Shown here: positions 38,763 through 49,122 of the stretch, piece by piece
How positions within the stretch are numbered: position 1 is the first letter of the stretch
How the letters are laid out: every line of letters starts with the position of its first letter
From: Minisyncoccota bacterium
GTDB taxonomy: Bacteria > Patescibacteriota > Minisyncoccia > Phycocordibacterales > JAQTLZ01
Direction: 5' to 3'
DNA: 64,000 nucleotides
Assembly: GCA_028711065.1 (NCBI GenBank)
Contig: JAQTSY010000003.1
Location: forward strand, 1,136-65,135
Made by a program: the position numbers and the translations under genes
Notes under the pieces: model-generated
Databases searched by the model: none
Seen by the model: the letters and a program-made list of their open reading frames with translations, nothing else
Told to the model about the DNA's origin: nothing

Positions 38763-39263
38763 ATGGAACCAACAACAAATTCAAGTTCGAGAAATATGAT
38801 CATCGGCATCGTAGTCGTTATTGTCGTCCTCGCGCTTGGAACATATCTTTTTACTAGAAATTCTACTCCAGCTACCCCAGAGGCTTCACCCACTCCAACT
38901 GACGCAATGGTTTCAGCTGGGGGGGATAAGCTTGCGGTGGGAGCGCAATTCCCAGGCAGTACTCTCTATCTTGATTCAGTAACATTCGCAAAAGGAGGGT
39001 GGGTGGCTGTACATGAAGATAACGCGGGAGTTCCCGGAAAAGTTATCGGCTCAAAATATTTTCCTGCCGGAACAAATCCTGGAAGTATCGATCTTGGCAA
39101 CAACAAAATGGTTGAAGGAAAAGATTATATCGTAATGCTCCACTCTGATGATGGAGATGGAAAATTTGACGAGGTCAAAGATGCTCCAATTCGAGACACC
39201 TCTGGGAATATCATAATGCTCACGGTTCGCGCTTCGAAGACGCCGGAGGAGGTGAAGGGGTAA
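38763..39263 (+). CDS. Membrane-anchored hypothetical protein with an extracellular domain.
   Basis: N-terminal transmembrane segment IIGIVVVIVVLALGTYLF. Terminator hairpin aaaccgctcttgggcggtttttt follows. Confidence 0.4.
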   Translation: MEPTTNSSSRNMIIGIVVVIVVLALGTYLFTRNSTPATPEASPTPTDAMVSAGGDKLAVGAQFPGSTLYLDSVTFAKGGWVAVHEDNAGVPGKVIGSKYFPAGTNPGSIDLGNNKMVEGKDYIVMLHSDDGDGKFDEVKDAPIRDTSGNIIMLTVRASKTPEEVKG

Positions 39264-39439
39264 AAGAAAAACGACGAGAAAGCAAGAAACCGCTCTTGGG
39301 CGGTTTTTTGCTATACACATTGACTTTTTGGCGGAATTTTGTTTAAATAGATAGGTTAACAAACGCCCCCAGCGGGCTTTTTTTAGTAGAAAGCGGCCTA
39401 AAACTTTTTAATCTGAGGAAAGTGAGAGGTGAACATTGG

Positions 39440-39525
39440 GACGGGACCCAATGTGCAAGACCTTGAGTGTTCTGTACTCAGAATGCGAAAGGTGTACCGC
39501 TCCTGTAAGGAGAGGAGAAGGAAAA
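39440..39525 (+). ncRNA. Element C: a degenerate third copy of the A/B structured repeat family in the typA leader (shares GGGACGGGACCCAATGTGCA and GUACCGCUCC-UGUA-AGGAGA).
   Basis: About 20-nt identity with B over the UGUA hairpin, plus similarity to A's 5' core. Confidence 0.25.
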
Positions 39526-39556
39526 TAGAAATTCACCAAATTTACAATTCATTACA

Positions 39557-41326
<1,770 letters not shown>

Positions 41327-41335
41327 AAACTCAAA

Positions 41336-41364
41336 CAGCCCCCGCCCTCATAGGGCGGGGGCTG
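41336..41364. terminator. Bidirectional terminator cagcccccgccc-tcata-gggcgggggctg.
   Basis: 12-bp GC stem with flanking T/A runs. Confidence 0.7.
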
Positions 41365-41368
41365 TTTC

Positions 41369-44300
41369 TTAAACCCTTTCTGCTTCAGAAATCTCCCGAG
41401 CAATTCCTCCTCGAGATAAAACAGAGCCGGCAATCGAAGCTAAATATGCATCTTCAGAAATCTGGCTTTTCACTAATGAAAGAAAACGCTTGAAAATCGC
41501 TTCGGCTTCTTCTCGATCCCCAGTAGACCGAGTAATTTTCGCAAGAGACGCATCAATAACTTCGGCCAATGAAAGTTCAAAATCCTTTTCCTCCTCTCCA
41601 TGCTTCAGTTCATTTTCAATATGGCGCAAAAAGGCCGTTCTCTCATCCAAATCAGCGGGAGCGGGATTTGTAAGATATTTTTGATACGGTGTATACCATA
41701 ATGCATCAAATAAGCGTTCAATCTTTTCCGGTTCATCTTTAGGAATCTCAAGAGAAAGGAGGGAGAAATCAACTGGAGTGATTTGTTTTTTCTTCTTTTT
41801 TGGTTCTGGTCCTTGCGTGGCCTCTTCAGATTTCACTTTTTCTCTGCTCTCTATTATTTTTTCTCTCTTTCGCTCCACATTTTCTCGACGATACCTTTTT
41901 ACAGACCGGATGGGTTTTTGCGACTCATATTGATTCTCTGCAGTAGCGTCAACAAGAAGCGGATAAGGTTTCCCTGAAATATCTGGCATAAGCGCAAAAG
42001 CGACACTATGTGAGCTCCGTTCTTTAATAGCAAGCGCCTCCGCTTTTACACCAGTACATACTCCGGCAGGAATACCCACCCTTCTCATCATAAGAGCCGC
42101 CAGCAAAGCAAAATCCGCGCACACCCCAGCAAAAAAGACTTCGTGTGAAAGCTTTGGTGTCTCTATTTTTATATCTTCTGCGTGCATTTCTATATAATAG
42201 AGCCGATCTTGTATACCGCTTGTTTTCTTGTCCTCGGCGTAAGGATTGGTCAGATCATACGCGCTATTTGTTCGTATAAAATCTTCGATTGCCTCAATTC
42301 GATCAAAAGGTTTCAGTGCTTTTATGCTTTTCAGAAAAATTTCTACCTCGGGTGAAAACCGAGCGTCCGTCTCAAGAAGAGGATCAACGAGTTCATCTCC
42401 AAACTCACTTATTCGTTCTATAAATTTCTTCTGGGAAATTTCTGTGTCGAGAAGCGTTTCATTCCCTTTGAAAATATCGTACTTTGGATGATCTAATCTC
42501 CTCACCTCATCGGGCAATAAAGCGGGAATATTGGGAGAAATAGGGGTATCGATATTTTGAATAGGCCTTTCAATTTGGCCCATTTTCCTTCTGCGGATTC
42601 GCTCTCGTACTGAAAGTTGTTCCTCCTCTTTTTGTCCCTGCACATTCTTCCCGTATCGCCAGTCAAGAGGAATCGGCAAAACACTTTTTCTTGAAGAGGC
42701 AAGAGATACAGTTATTTTTTCTTTGCCTTCAGTTTCTCCTTCGCCCGAAAAAATCTCCCCTTTCTCTGGAAGTTCAAACTTGTACCAAGTTGCATCATCT
42801 TCTGTAAGCTCTCCGAAGAAACCGGTAACAAGGAGCTCTTGGGTTGGAGCGGAAAGTGTCGCGACAGTTTCGGTTTGTTTTTCAAATGATTCTGCATCAC
42901 TTCCATCCAGAGTAGTATATTCTGTCGGAAATAATGGGTTCTCTGAAGGATGAGAAGCGCCGACACCAAACATATATTCCAAGAGTCTCTCTTCAGAGCT
43001 CTTTTTCTTTCTTTCGGCGTTCATTGCCATAATGCGCTTTTGCGCAAGATATGTTCGAAATTCTTTAGGGAAAAGCTGAAGAAAAATCTGTTCAGAAGTC
43101 CTCTCTGGTGAACGATCTCTTTTCGGAAGAATTGCCTCAAGCATAAGTGTCGGGTCCTCTTTCACTGCTTTTGTGGCAAAATCCGCCTCTAGCGCCGTGG
43201 CATAAAATTCACCTCTTCTACGACGTCCGACATAACTCTGCTCCATATACCTTTGTTGCTCTTTTGGGAGCGGTGTTTTGTCCTGCAATAAATCAAGAGA
43301 AGAAGAAAGAAGTTGCTCCCAAGAAGTAACTTTCTTACGTTGAAAAATGTACTTGCCAGATTTTTCATCATACTCCACCTTTCCTTCTTTCACTTTTCGT
43401 AGTCGCTCAACAACCTGTTCTGTGAGCATTTTCCGAAATAATCCCGGGAGCCCCATAAATGGATGGACTCGAGTACGGCGCAAAGCACGCTCATTAAAAT
43501 CAAACGGTGCCTTTTTATTATAATATTTATTATATTCATCCTTAGCTCCTTCTTCAGTAATAAGTCCACGTACAGATGAATGCCTCAATTGAACACCAAC
43601 CATTGTTTTATAGGGACCAAGAAGATTAAGCCTGTCGAGTGCCTTTATAAGCTCATCCACATCATACAAATTCGAAACTTCAACAACATATCGAGATAGA
43701 AGATATAAAAATTGTTCATCTTTTTTGGACAGAATAGTTTCAAATTTTCTATCTTTCAAAAACTCTGAATAGTGTTCGTCTGCTTTTGCCACTCCAGATT
43801 TCTTTCTCGGAGAGAGAAATTCTTCTTCCTTTTCTAAGGAATGATCGGTGTACATATCGTCTTCATAGACTTGATGTAAAAAATCTACAAACTTTTTATG
43901 CAATGCTCCTACCGGAACTAAATCTTTTCCTTTTCTCTCCAGAAAATCTTCATCATCGTCCTCCTCAACCTGCCTGCCAACATCCCTTATCACATCATCG
44001 AGATGATCATACACATCTGAATGTCTATGGCGAAGATCTGAATCCTCCAAAAGTTTCCACCCCCGCTTTCCGCGAATGTCCAGACGGCGCATAAGAACAA
44101 GTCCATCATCAAGCGAAAGCTCGCAGATACGAGAAAGTGCTCCGCGCGCAACTTTTTTATCACCCTCGGTATATTCATGAGTTACAAGATCAAACAACTC
44201 CTTTTTGCTTTGAAGTATCGACTCTCTTTTTGCTTGAAAATCCGGCTCTATTGTCTCTTCTTCCATGCACGAAATAATATCACATTTCATTGACTTGAGG

Positions 44301-44422
44301 CTTCGAAATAAGTACTCTGGACGAAGAATCAGAACATCGATTTTAGGCGAAAATTCGCTGAAGCTCGTAGGGCTTTCCCTACCAAGTGCAAATACGGAAG
44401 GAGGGTACGAAATTGGATTCAC
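41369..44422 (-). CDS. Large (about 1000 aa) cytoplasmic, highly charged protein with a C-terminal transglutaminase-like Cys-protease core. Start uncertain.
   Basis: GVCADFALLAALMMRRVGIPAGVCTG (Cys), HSVAFAL (His), DAT (Asp). No transmembrane segment or signal peptide. Confidence 0.55.
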   Translation of the reverse strand: MNPISYPPSVFALGRESPTSFSEFSPKIDVLILRPEYLFRSLKSMKCDIISCMEEETIEPDFQAKRESILQSKKELFDLVTHEYTEGDKKVARGALSRICELSLDDGLVLMRRLDIRGKRGWKLLEDSDLRHRHSDVYDHLDDVIRDVGRQVEEDDDEDFLERKGKDLVPVGALHKKFVDFLHQVYEDDMYTDHSLEKEEEFLSPRKKSGVAKADEHYSEFLKDRKFETILSKKDEQFLYLLSRYVVEVSNLYDVDELIKALDRLNLLGPYKTMVGVQLRHSSVRGLITEEGAKDEYNKYYNKKAPFDFNERALRRTRVHPFMGLPGLFRKMLTEQVVERLRKVKEGKVEYDEKSGKYIFQRKKVTSWEQLLSSSLDLLQDKTPLPKEQQRYMEQSYVGRRRRGEFYATALEADFATKAVKEDPTLMLEAILPKRDRSPERTSEQIFLQLFPKEFRTYLAQKRIMAMNAERKKKSSEERLLEYMFGVGASHPSENPLFPTEYTTLDGSDAESFEKQTETVATLSAPTQELLVTGFFGELTEDDATWYKFELPEKGEIFSGEGETEGKEKITVSLASSRKSVLPIPLDWRYGKNVQGQKEEEQLSVRERIRRRKMGQIERPIQNIDTPISPNIPALLPDEVRRLDHPKYDIFKGNETLLDTEISQKKFIERISEFGDELVDPLLETDARFSPEVEIFLKSIKALKPFDRIEAIEDFIRTNSAYDLTNPYAEDKKTSGIQDRLYYIEMHAEDIKIETPKLSHEVFFAGVCADFALLAALMMRRVGIPAGVCTGVKAEALAIKERSSHSVAFALMPDISGKPYPLLVDATAENQYESQKPIRSVKRYRRENVERKREKIIESREKVKSEEATQGPEPKKKKKQITPVDFSLLSLEIPKDEPEKIERLFDALWYTPYQKYLTNPAPADLDERTAFLRHIENELKHGEEEKDFELSLAEVIDASLAKITRSTGDREEAEAIFKRFLSLVKSQISEDAYLASIAGSVLSRGGIAREISEAERV

Positions 44423-45327
44423 GCACTGATTTCCGCGGAATCACCGGCGTCCTCGTAGAAAAGGATCCTGTGATCGAGGGAAAGACAAAGGCGGTCTACC
44501 AGGTCGTCGACGAACCGCATGTCGTGCTGGCGTCGAAAGATTCCATCACGGCGGGCAATGGTGCTCGCTGTGAAGATGCCAGTGGGAAGGCCGAAATCTC
44601 CAACGAGATGACCTGTCTCATCTTCAGCTACTTGAAGGAGCAGGGGTTGCCGGTCGCATTCCTAAGGCGCGTTGACAACAAATGTCTCATGGCACTCGCG
44701 CTCAATATGTACAAGCTGGAAGTCGTCGAACGGCACGAAGCGTTCGGTTCGATCTGCAAGCGGGAAGGATTGGAAAAGGGCACCAAGCTTTCGCCACCGC
44801 GTTTCGAACTCTATCTCAAGACGACGGGGCGCGTCTGGGAGATGAACGACAAGAAGTGGGATCTCATCTGCGACGATCCGAGGATGGAAATTGACAGCAA
44901 GATCGTCAAGCTCTACGACCCCGGCGCTGCCCTTAGTGATGCAAAGCCGTTTCTGGAACTGTGCATCAAGGACGTGTTCGAGAACCCCGAACAGGCGCTT
45001 GCCCACATCAAGGAGATGGCGCACATCAATCTGCGGGCAACGCAAGCTATCAGGGATCTCTGCGCGAAGGTGGGAATCAACTGTCCCGACTTCAAGCTTG
45101 AATACGGCATCCACGGTCCGGACGGCCAACTCTATATCGGCGACGTCGCTGATTTCGAGTCCGGCCGCGCGGTGTACAACGGCGCTCCTTCAGGTGAAGA
45201 GCTGTATCCCAATCTCATTGGGCAGCACATCTGCAAGGAATTCTTCCGCAAGGGTGGCGACAAGGACGAGACTGTCTACAGGTACGGAGTCGGTCTCGAT
45301 CTGTTACGGAAAGCCATCGCGGCGTAA
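44386..45327 (+). CDS. SAICAR synthetase (PurC)-family protein. GC-rich, with a GTG start and a 5' overlap with the divergent transglutaminase-like gene.
   Basis: EGKTKAVY...SKDSITAGNG...ISNEMTCLIFSYLKEQGLP follows the PurC N-terminal pattern. GC about 57%. Confidence 0.55.
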   Translation: MQIRKEGTKLDSRTDFRGITGVLVEKDPVIEGKTKAVYQVVDEPHVVLASKDSITAGNGARCEDASGKAEISNEMTCLIFSYLKEQGLPVAFLRRVDNKCLMALALNMYKLEVVERHEAFGSICKREGLEKGTKLSPPRFELYLKTTGRVWEMNDKKWDLICDDPRMEIDSKIVKLYDPGAALSDAKPFLELCIKDVFENPEQALAHIKEMAHINLRATQAIRDLCAKVGINCPDFKLEYGIHGPDGQLYIGDVADFESGRAVYNGAPSGEELYPNLIGQHICKEFFRKGGDKDETVYRYGVGLDLLRKAIAA

Positions 45328-45386
45328 CAAATCGCCAAGACAATAATGGGTTACAAAGGGAGTCAGCCAAGTGGCCGGCTCCGCTT

Positions 45387-46145
45387 TTATTTTATTTCAT
45401 ACTTCCCTACTTTGGTGCGGATAATATTGAGCGCTAATGCTCCAGTGCCAACTTTCTTTCCAATTTCATACGCAAGTGAACGCATATAGGTTCCACTACT
45501 GCAGGACACTAGGATTTTAATAACTTGGAACGGCTCAACGGACTTTTCTCGTTGAGCCGTTAGTGTTTTCTGCCATAATTCAAAGATTTCTTTTTGGCGA
45601 AAGTCGCCTTTTACACGGGAAATGTCGTCGGAAATTTTCGCCAGAAAATTTCCGACCGAAATCTCGTATTTTTCTAAAAGTTTGATTGAATAAATCTCAA
45701 TTTCTTTTGTGGGAATCTCGACTTCATCAAGCTCGCCACTTTTTGCCAAAGCAAAAAGCGGCTTGCCTCCCACAGTCTTTGAAGAAAACGGCGGATAGGA
45801 CTGCACAAGCTTCCCGACGAAAATTTTGAGAAGCTCCTCAAAATTTTCGTCGGTTTCCCCCTTTTTTATCTTCGTAACCTTCCCCAAAATGTCATAAGTA
45901 TCCGTCTCAATCCCCATCAGGACATCCACCTCATATTCTTTATCGAGTCCGAGATATTTTTCCTTTTCTTTGCATTCCTCCCCCACCAAAGCAATCATCA
46001 CCCCTTCTGCGAGCGGGTCCAACCGCCCAGCATAAGTCATTTTCTCACTAGCAAGCTCCGGCTTGGAAGAGCGAAACCGCTCCAAACATTCAAGCGGAGT
46101 CTCGCCTTTTTCCTTGTATAGATTTATCGGCATTACGCTATACAT
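45387..46145 (-). CDS. truB: tRNA pseudouridine-55 synthase TruB.
   Basis: AGRLDPLAEGVM (the GTLDP-type catalytic Asp motif) and the PUA-less short form. Confidence 0.8.
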   Translation of the reverse strand: MYSVMPINLYKEKGETPLECLERFRSSKPELASEKMTYAGRLDPLAEGVMIALVGEECKEKEKYLGLDKEYEVDVLMGIETDTYDILGKVTKIKKGETDENFEELLKIFVGKLVQSYPPFSSKTVGGKPLFALAKSGELDEVEIPTKEIEIYSIKLLEKYEISVGNFLAKISDDISRVKGDFRQKEIFELWQKTLTAQREKSVEPFQVIKILVSCSSGTYMRSLAYEIGKKVGTGALALNIIRTKVGKYEIK

Positions 46146-46177
46146 TACTCTTTTCTTACGCTAAAATACACAACATT

Positions 46178-47155
46178 ATGGCTGACAAAAATCTTTCAAC
46201 TGACCCATACAAAGGCGTGCGGGATTTCTATCCCGAGGATATGGCTATCCAAAATTATATTTTTTCAGTGTGGAAAAAGGTTGCGGAAGAATTTAAATAC
46301 CAAGAATACAGCGCATCTCTCCTCGAATATGCCGAACTCTACCGAAGCAAAGGAAGCGATGAAATTGTAAATGAACAGATGTATATTTTCACCGACAAAG
46401 GTGACCGCGAAGTTGCACTTCGTCCTGAAATGACTCCGACCCTCGCTCGAATGGTGGCGGCAAAACGAAAGTCTTGGAAATTCCCTCTCCGTTGGTTCTC
46501 GATTCCAAATTGTTTTCGTTACGAACGCCCACAACGAGGCCGGAAGCGTGAACACTGGCAGTTAAATTGCGACATCATGGGCATTGCGGGAATTGAAGCT
46601 GAAGTAGAAATCATCTCGCTCGCGCACAAAATTATGAAAGAATTTGGCGCGAAAGATGAGGATTTTGAGATTCGATTAGGAAGTCGAGTTTGGCTTAATT
46701 TCCTCACTTTAGAGCTAGGAGACGCCATCAGCTCAGAAGAAAAGAAAAAAAAGTTGTATAGATTAATTGATATAAAAGAAAAAGACAAAGAAAAATACCT
46801 AGCCGGATTAAAGGAATTAGACATACCCCCTTCTGAACTAGAGTTCGATACAGTTTCTGATGAGTTTTTGGAAAAAATTGGTGTTAAAAATCTTTTAGAT
46901 GAATTAGCAAAAAAAGGCATAAAAAATATTCACTTCGATAAAAGTATAGTTCGCGGTTTTGATTACTACACAGGAATGGTCTTCGAAGTCTTCGATACCA
47001 ATCCAGAAAATCGCCGCGCTCTTTTCGGTGGTGGACGCTACGACAATCTACTCGAAATGTTTGGAGTTGACCCAGTCCCAACCGTCGGGTTTGGAATGGG
47101 AGATGTCACTATGCGGGATTTTCTGGAAACTCACAAGCTTCCTTTAACCCGTTAA
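46178..47155 (+). CDS. hisS: Histidyl-tRNA synthetase catalytic domain only (HisRS/HisZ-like). The anticodon-binding domain is absent.
   Basis: Motif 1, motif 2 FRYERPQRGRKREHWQLNCDIMG, HisA/B region RGFDYYTGMVFEV, and motif 3 GGGRYDNL. The ORF ends about 12 aa after GFGMG. Confidence 0.7.
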   Translation: MADKNLSTDPYKGVRDFYPEDMAIQNYIFSVWKKVAEEFKYQEYSASLLEYAELYRSKGSDEIVNEQMYIFTDKGDREVALRPEMTPTLARMVAAKRKSWKFPLRWFSIPNCFRYERPQRGRKREHWQLNCDIMGIAGIEAEVEIISLAHKIMKEFGAKDEDFEIRLGSRVWLNFLTLELGDAISSEEKKKKLYRLIDIKEKDKEKYLAGLKELDIPPSELEFDTVSDEFLEKIGVKNLLDELAKKGIKNIHFDKSIVRGFDYYTGMVFEVFDTNPENRRALFGGGRYDNLLEMFGVDPVPTVGFGMGDVTMRDFLETHKLPLTR

Positions 47156-47173
47156 AGTTTTAGCTATCGCATT

Positions 47174-47428
47174 ATGCAATATGTTTATGTTTTGCAAAGC
47201 AAAAAAGACGGAGATTTATACACAGGATGTACAAAAGATTTAAAACGGAGGTTTGAATTGCATAATGCAAAAAAAGTCCCAGCTACAGCTCGTAGGACAC
47301 CACTTCGCCTGATATACTACGAAGCGTATCTAAATATGTATGATGCATATAAGCGCGAGAGTTATCTCAAAACGCAGTGGGGAAGAAATTATTTAAAGAA
47401 AACATTGAAGAACTTTTTTAATAGCTAA
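47174..47428 (+). CDS. GIY-YIG nuclease domain protein (84 aa, URI-like).
   Basis: YVYVLQSKKDGDLYTGCTKDLKRRFELHN. Confidence 0.75.
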   Translation: MQYVYVLQSKKDGDLYTGCTKDLKRRFELHNAKKVPATARRTPLRLIYYEAYLNMYDAYKRESYLKTQWGRNYLKKTLKNFFNS

Positions 47429-47443
47429 AATTTTCTCGGGTAA

Positions 47444-48019
47444 ATGCGTAAAATTGTTTTCGACATAGAAACAAGAAATATTTTCAGTGAAGTCGGCTCG
47501 AATGACCCAGCAAAACTCGACATCTCTATCGTGTGTGCTTACGATTCCGAGACCGGAGAATATTCTTCATACCTCATGGAAGAATTGCCAAAACTTTGGC
47601 CCCTCATCGAAAAAGCAGATATGCTCGTGGGCTACAATAGTAACCATTTCGATATTCCCCTGTTGAATAAGTACTACCACGGCGACCTTTCAAAAATAAA
47701 AAGTCTCGATATTCTCGAAGAAATACGCAAAGTCCTCGGGCGAAGAGTAAAGCTCGACCAAGTTGCCGAAGCGACGCTTGGCACCAAAAAGTCCGGCCAC
47801 GGCCTCGATGCCATCGTCTGGTGGAAAAAGGGAGAGATAGATAAAGTTCGCAAATACTGTCTTGATGATGTGAAAATTACAAAAGACGTGTATGAATACG
47901 CCCTCAAAAATGGAAAACTTCTCTTCAAGGAAGGCGGAAAAGCAAATGAAATAAAGCTCGACACATCAGGCTGGGAAAAGAAAAATGAAAGCGCGATGAC
48001 ATTTAGCTTGCCCTTCTGA
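47444..48019 (+). CDS. DEDD-type 3'-5' exonuclease (DnaQ/RNase T-like fold).
   Basis: Exo I VFDIETRN, Exo II YNSNHFDIPLL, Exo III YCLDDVKITKDVY. Confidence 0.7.
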   Translation: MRKIVFDIETRNIFSEVGSNDPAKLDISIVCAYDSETGEYSSYLMEELPKLWPLIEKADMLVGYNSNHFDIPLLNKYYHGDLSKIKSLDILEEIRKVLGRRVKLDQVAEATLGTKKSGHGLDAIVWWKKGEIDKVRKYCLDDVKITKDVYEYALKNGKLLFKEGGKANEIKLDTSGWEKKNESAMTFSLPF

Positions 48020-48059
48020 TATAATAGCCAAACATTACCCACACATTAACTCATTCTTC

Positions 48060-48947
48060 ATGAAATTAAGCACCCCAGTCGCAATCATCGTCGCAGGAGT
48101 CATCATTGCCGGAGCAATTCTTTTGGTACAAACCGGAAAGGTGGGAAATAATAATTCTGCAAACGGAGGAGTCGTAGCACAAGATCACAGCGAAAATGTC
48201 GCTCCTGTGAGCGCAGACGAGCATATCCAAGGAAGCGCAGATGCTCCGATCGTAATGGTGGAATATTCCGACCTCGAATGTCCATTTTGCAAAAACTTCC
48301 ACGTAACACTGGAAGGACTTATGAGTACTTACGGAAAGGACAATAAGCTCGCGTGGGTCTACCGACACTTCCCTCTCGACCGACATCCAAAAGCACCGGC
48401 CGAGGCGCAAGCAAGTGAATGTGCGGCGGAACTTGGGGGCAATGATGGATTCTGGAAATTTGTAACGGGTGTCTACGCAGTCACTCCTTCGAACAACGGA
48501 ATGGATGACGGAGTATACAACACACCGGAACCGGTACCAAAAGACGACGCAGGAGTGCCGTATTACAAAGAAGCAAAGCCAACGAGCGCAAAAGATGCTG
48601 GAATGCTTTCAAAAATCGCTGTGCAAATCGGACTTGAGAAAGCAAAGTTTGAAGATTGCCTCGCAAGCGGAAAGTACAAGCAGAAAGTAACAGACCAGTT
48701 GAATGACGGAGTGCAAGCTGGCGGAAACGGAACTCCTTACACGATAATGGTTCTTAAGAATAAGATTCCCGACGCAGCAAAGAAATATGTTACAGATACA
48801 AACACTGGATTTCTAAAACAAATTAACACTCCCGGCACGCCAGACCTCCTCTTCGTCACAAATGATGGAATGAGAATCGGAGTGAGCGGTGCACAGGACC
48901 CTGCTGTGATGAAGAAGATTATTGATTTGGTACTTGCAGGAAAATAG
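48060..48947 (+). CDS. Membrane-anchored DsbA-family thiol:disulfide oxidoreductase.
   Basis: CPFC active site within a thioredoxin-like context; N-terminal transmembrane segment. Confidence 0.75.
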   Translation: MKLSTPVAIIVAGVIIAGAILLVQTGKVGNNNSANGGVVAQDHSENVAPVSADEHIQGSADAPIVMVEYSDLECPFCKNFHVTLEGLMSTYGKDNKLAWVYRHFPLDRHPKAPAEAQASECAAELGGNDGFWKFVTGVYAVTPSNNGMDDGVYNTPEPVPKDDAGVPYYKEAKPTSAKDAGMLSKIAVQIGLEKAKFEDCLASGKYKQKVTDQLNDGVQAGGNGTPYTIMVLKNKIPDAAKKYVTDTNTGFLKQINTPGTPDLLFVTNDGMRIGVSGAQDPAVMKKIIDLVLAGK

Positions 48948-48950
48948 GAT

Positions 48951-49112
48951 GCTCGAAATAGTTTTTGGAAACCCAGAAAACTGCCCCAGCGGGCAGTTTT
49001 CTTTGTGCTGGGCGCCGGCTGCTTTGTGGTATAGTTTTTGCCCGAAGCAAAAATTACACCACAAAGACCCTGCCAGCCTAGCGTGCGCGGGTTTCCAAAA
49101 ACTATTTCGAGC
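48951..49112. repeat. 162-bp palindromic element. A perfect 24-bp inverted repeat (gctcgaaatagtttttggaaaccc / gggtttccaaaaactatttcgagc) encloses two internal hairpins. Fills the convergent gap between the dsbA-like gene and the helicase.
   Basis: Inverted repeat verified base by base. Internal hairpins gaaaactgccc-cagc-gggcagttttc and ctttgtggt...accacaaag. The motif ATAGTTTTTG occurs three times. Confidence 0.5.
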
Positions 49113-49122
49113 TTGCGTGGTA

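Noticed and set aside
39360-39392. Shared 12-mer gccccagcgggc here and at 48983 as a mobile repeat.
   Set aside because: A short GC-rich terminator stem can recur by chance, and the flanks are unrelated.
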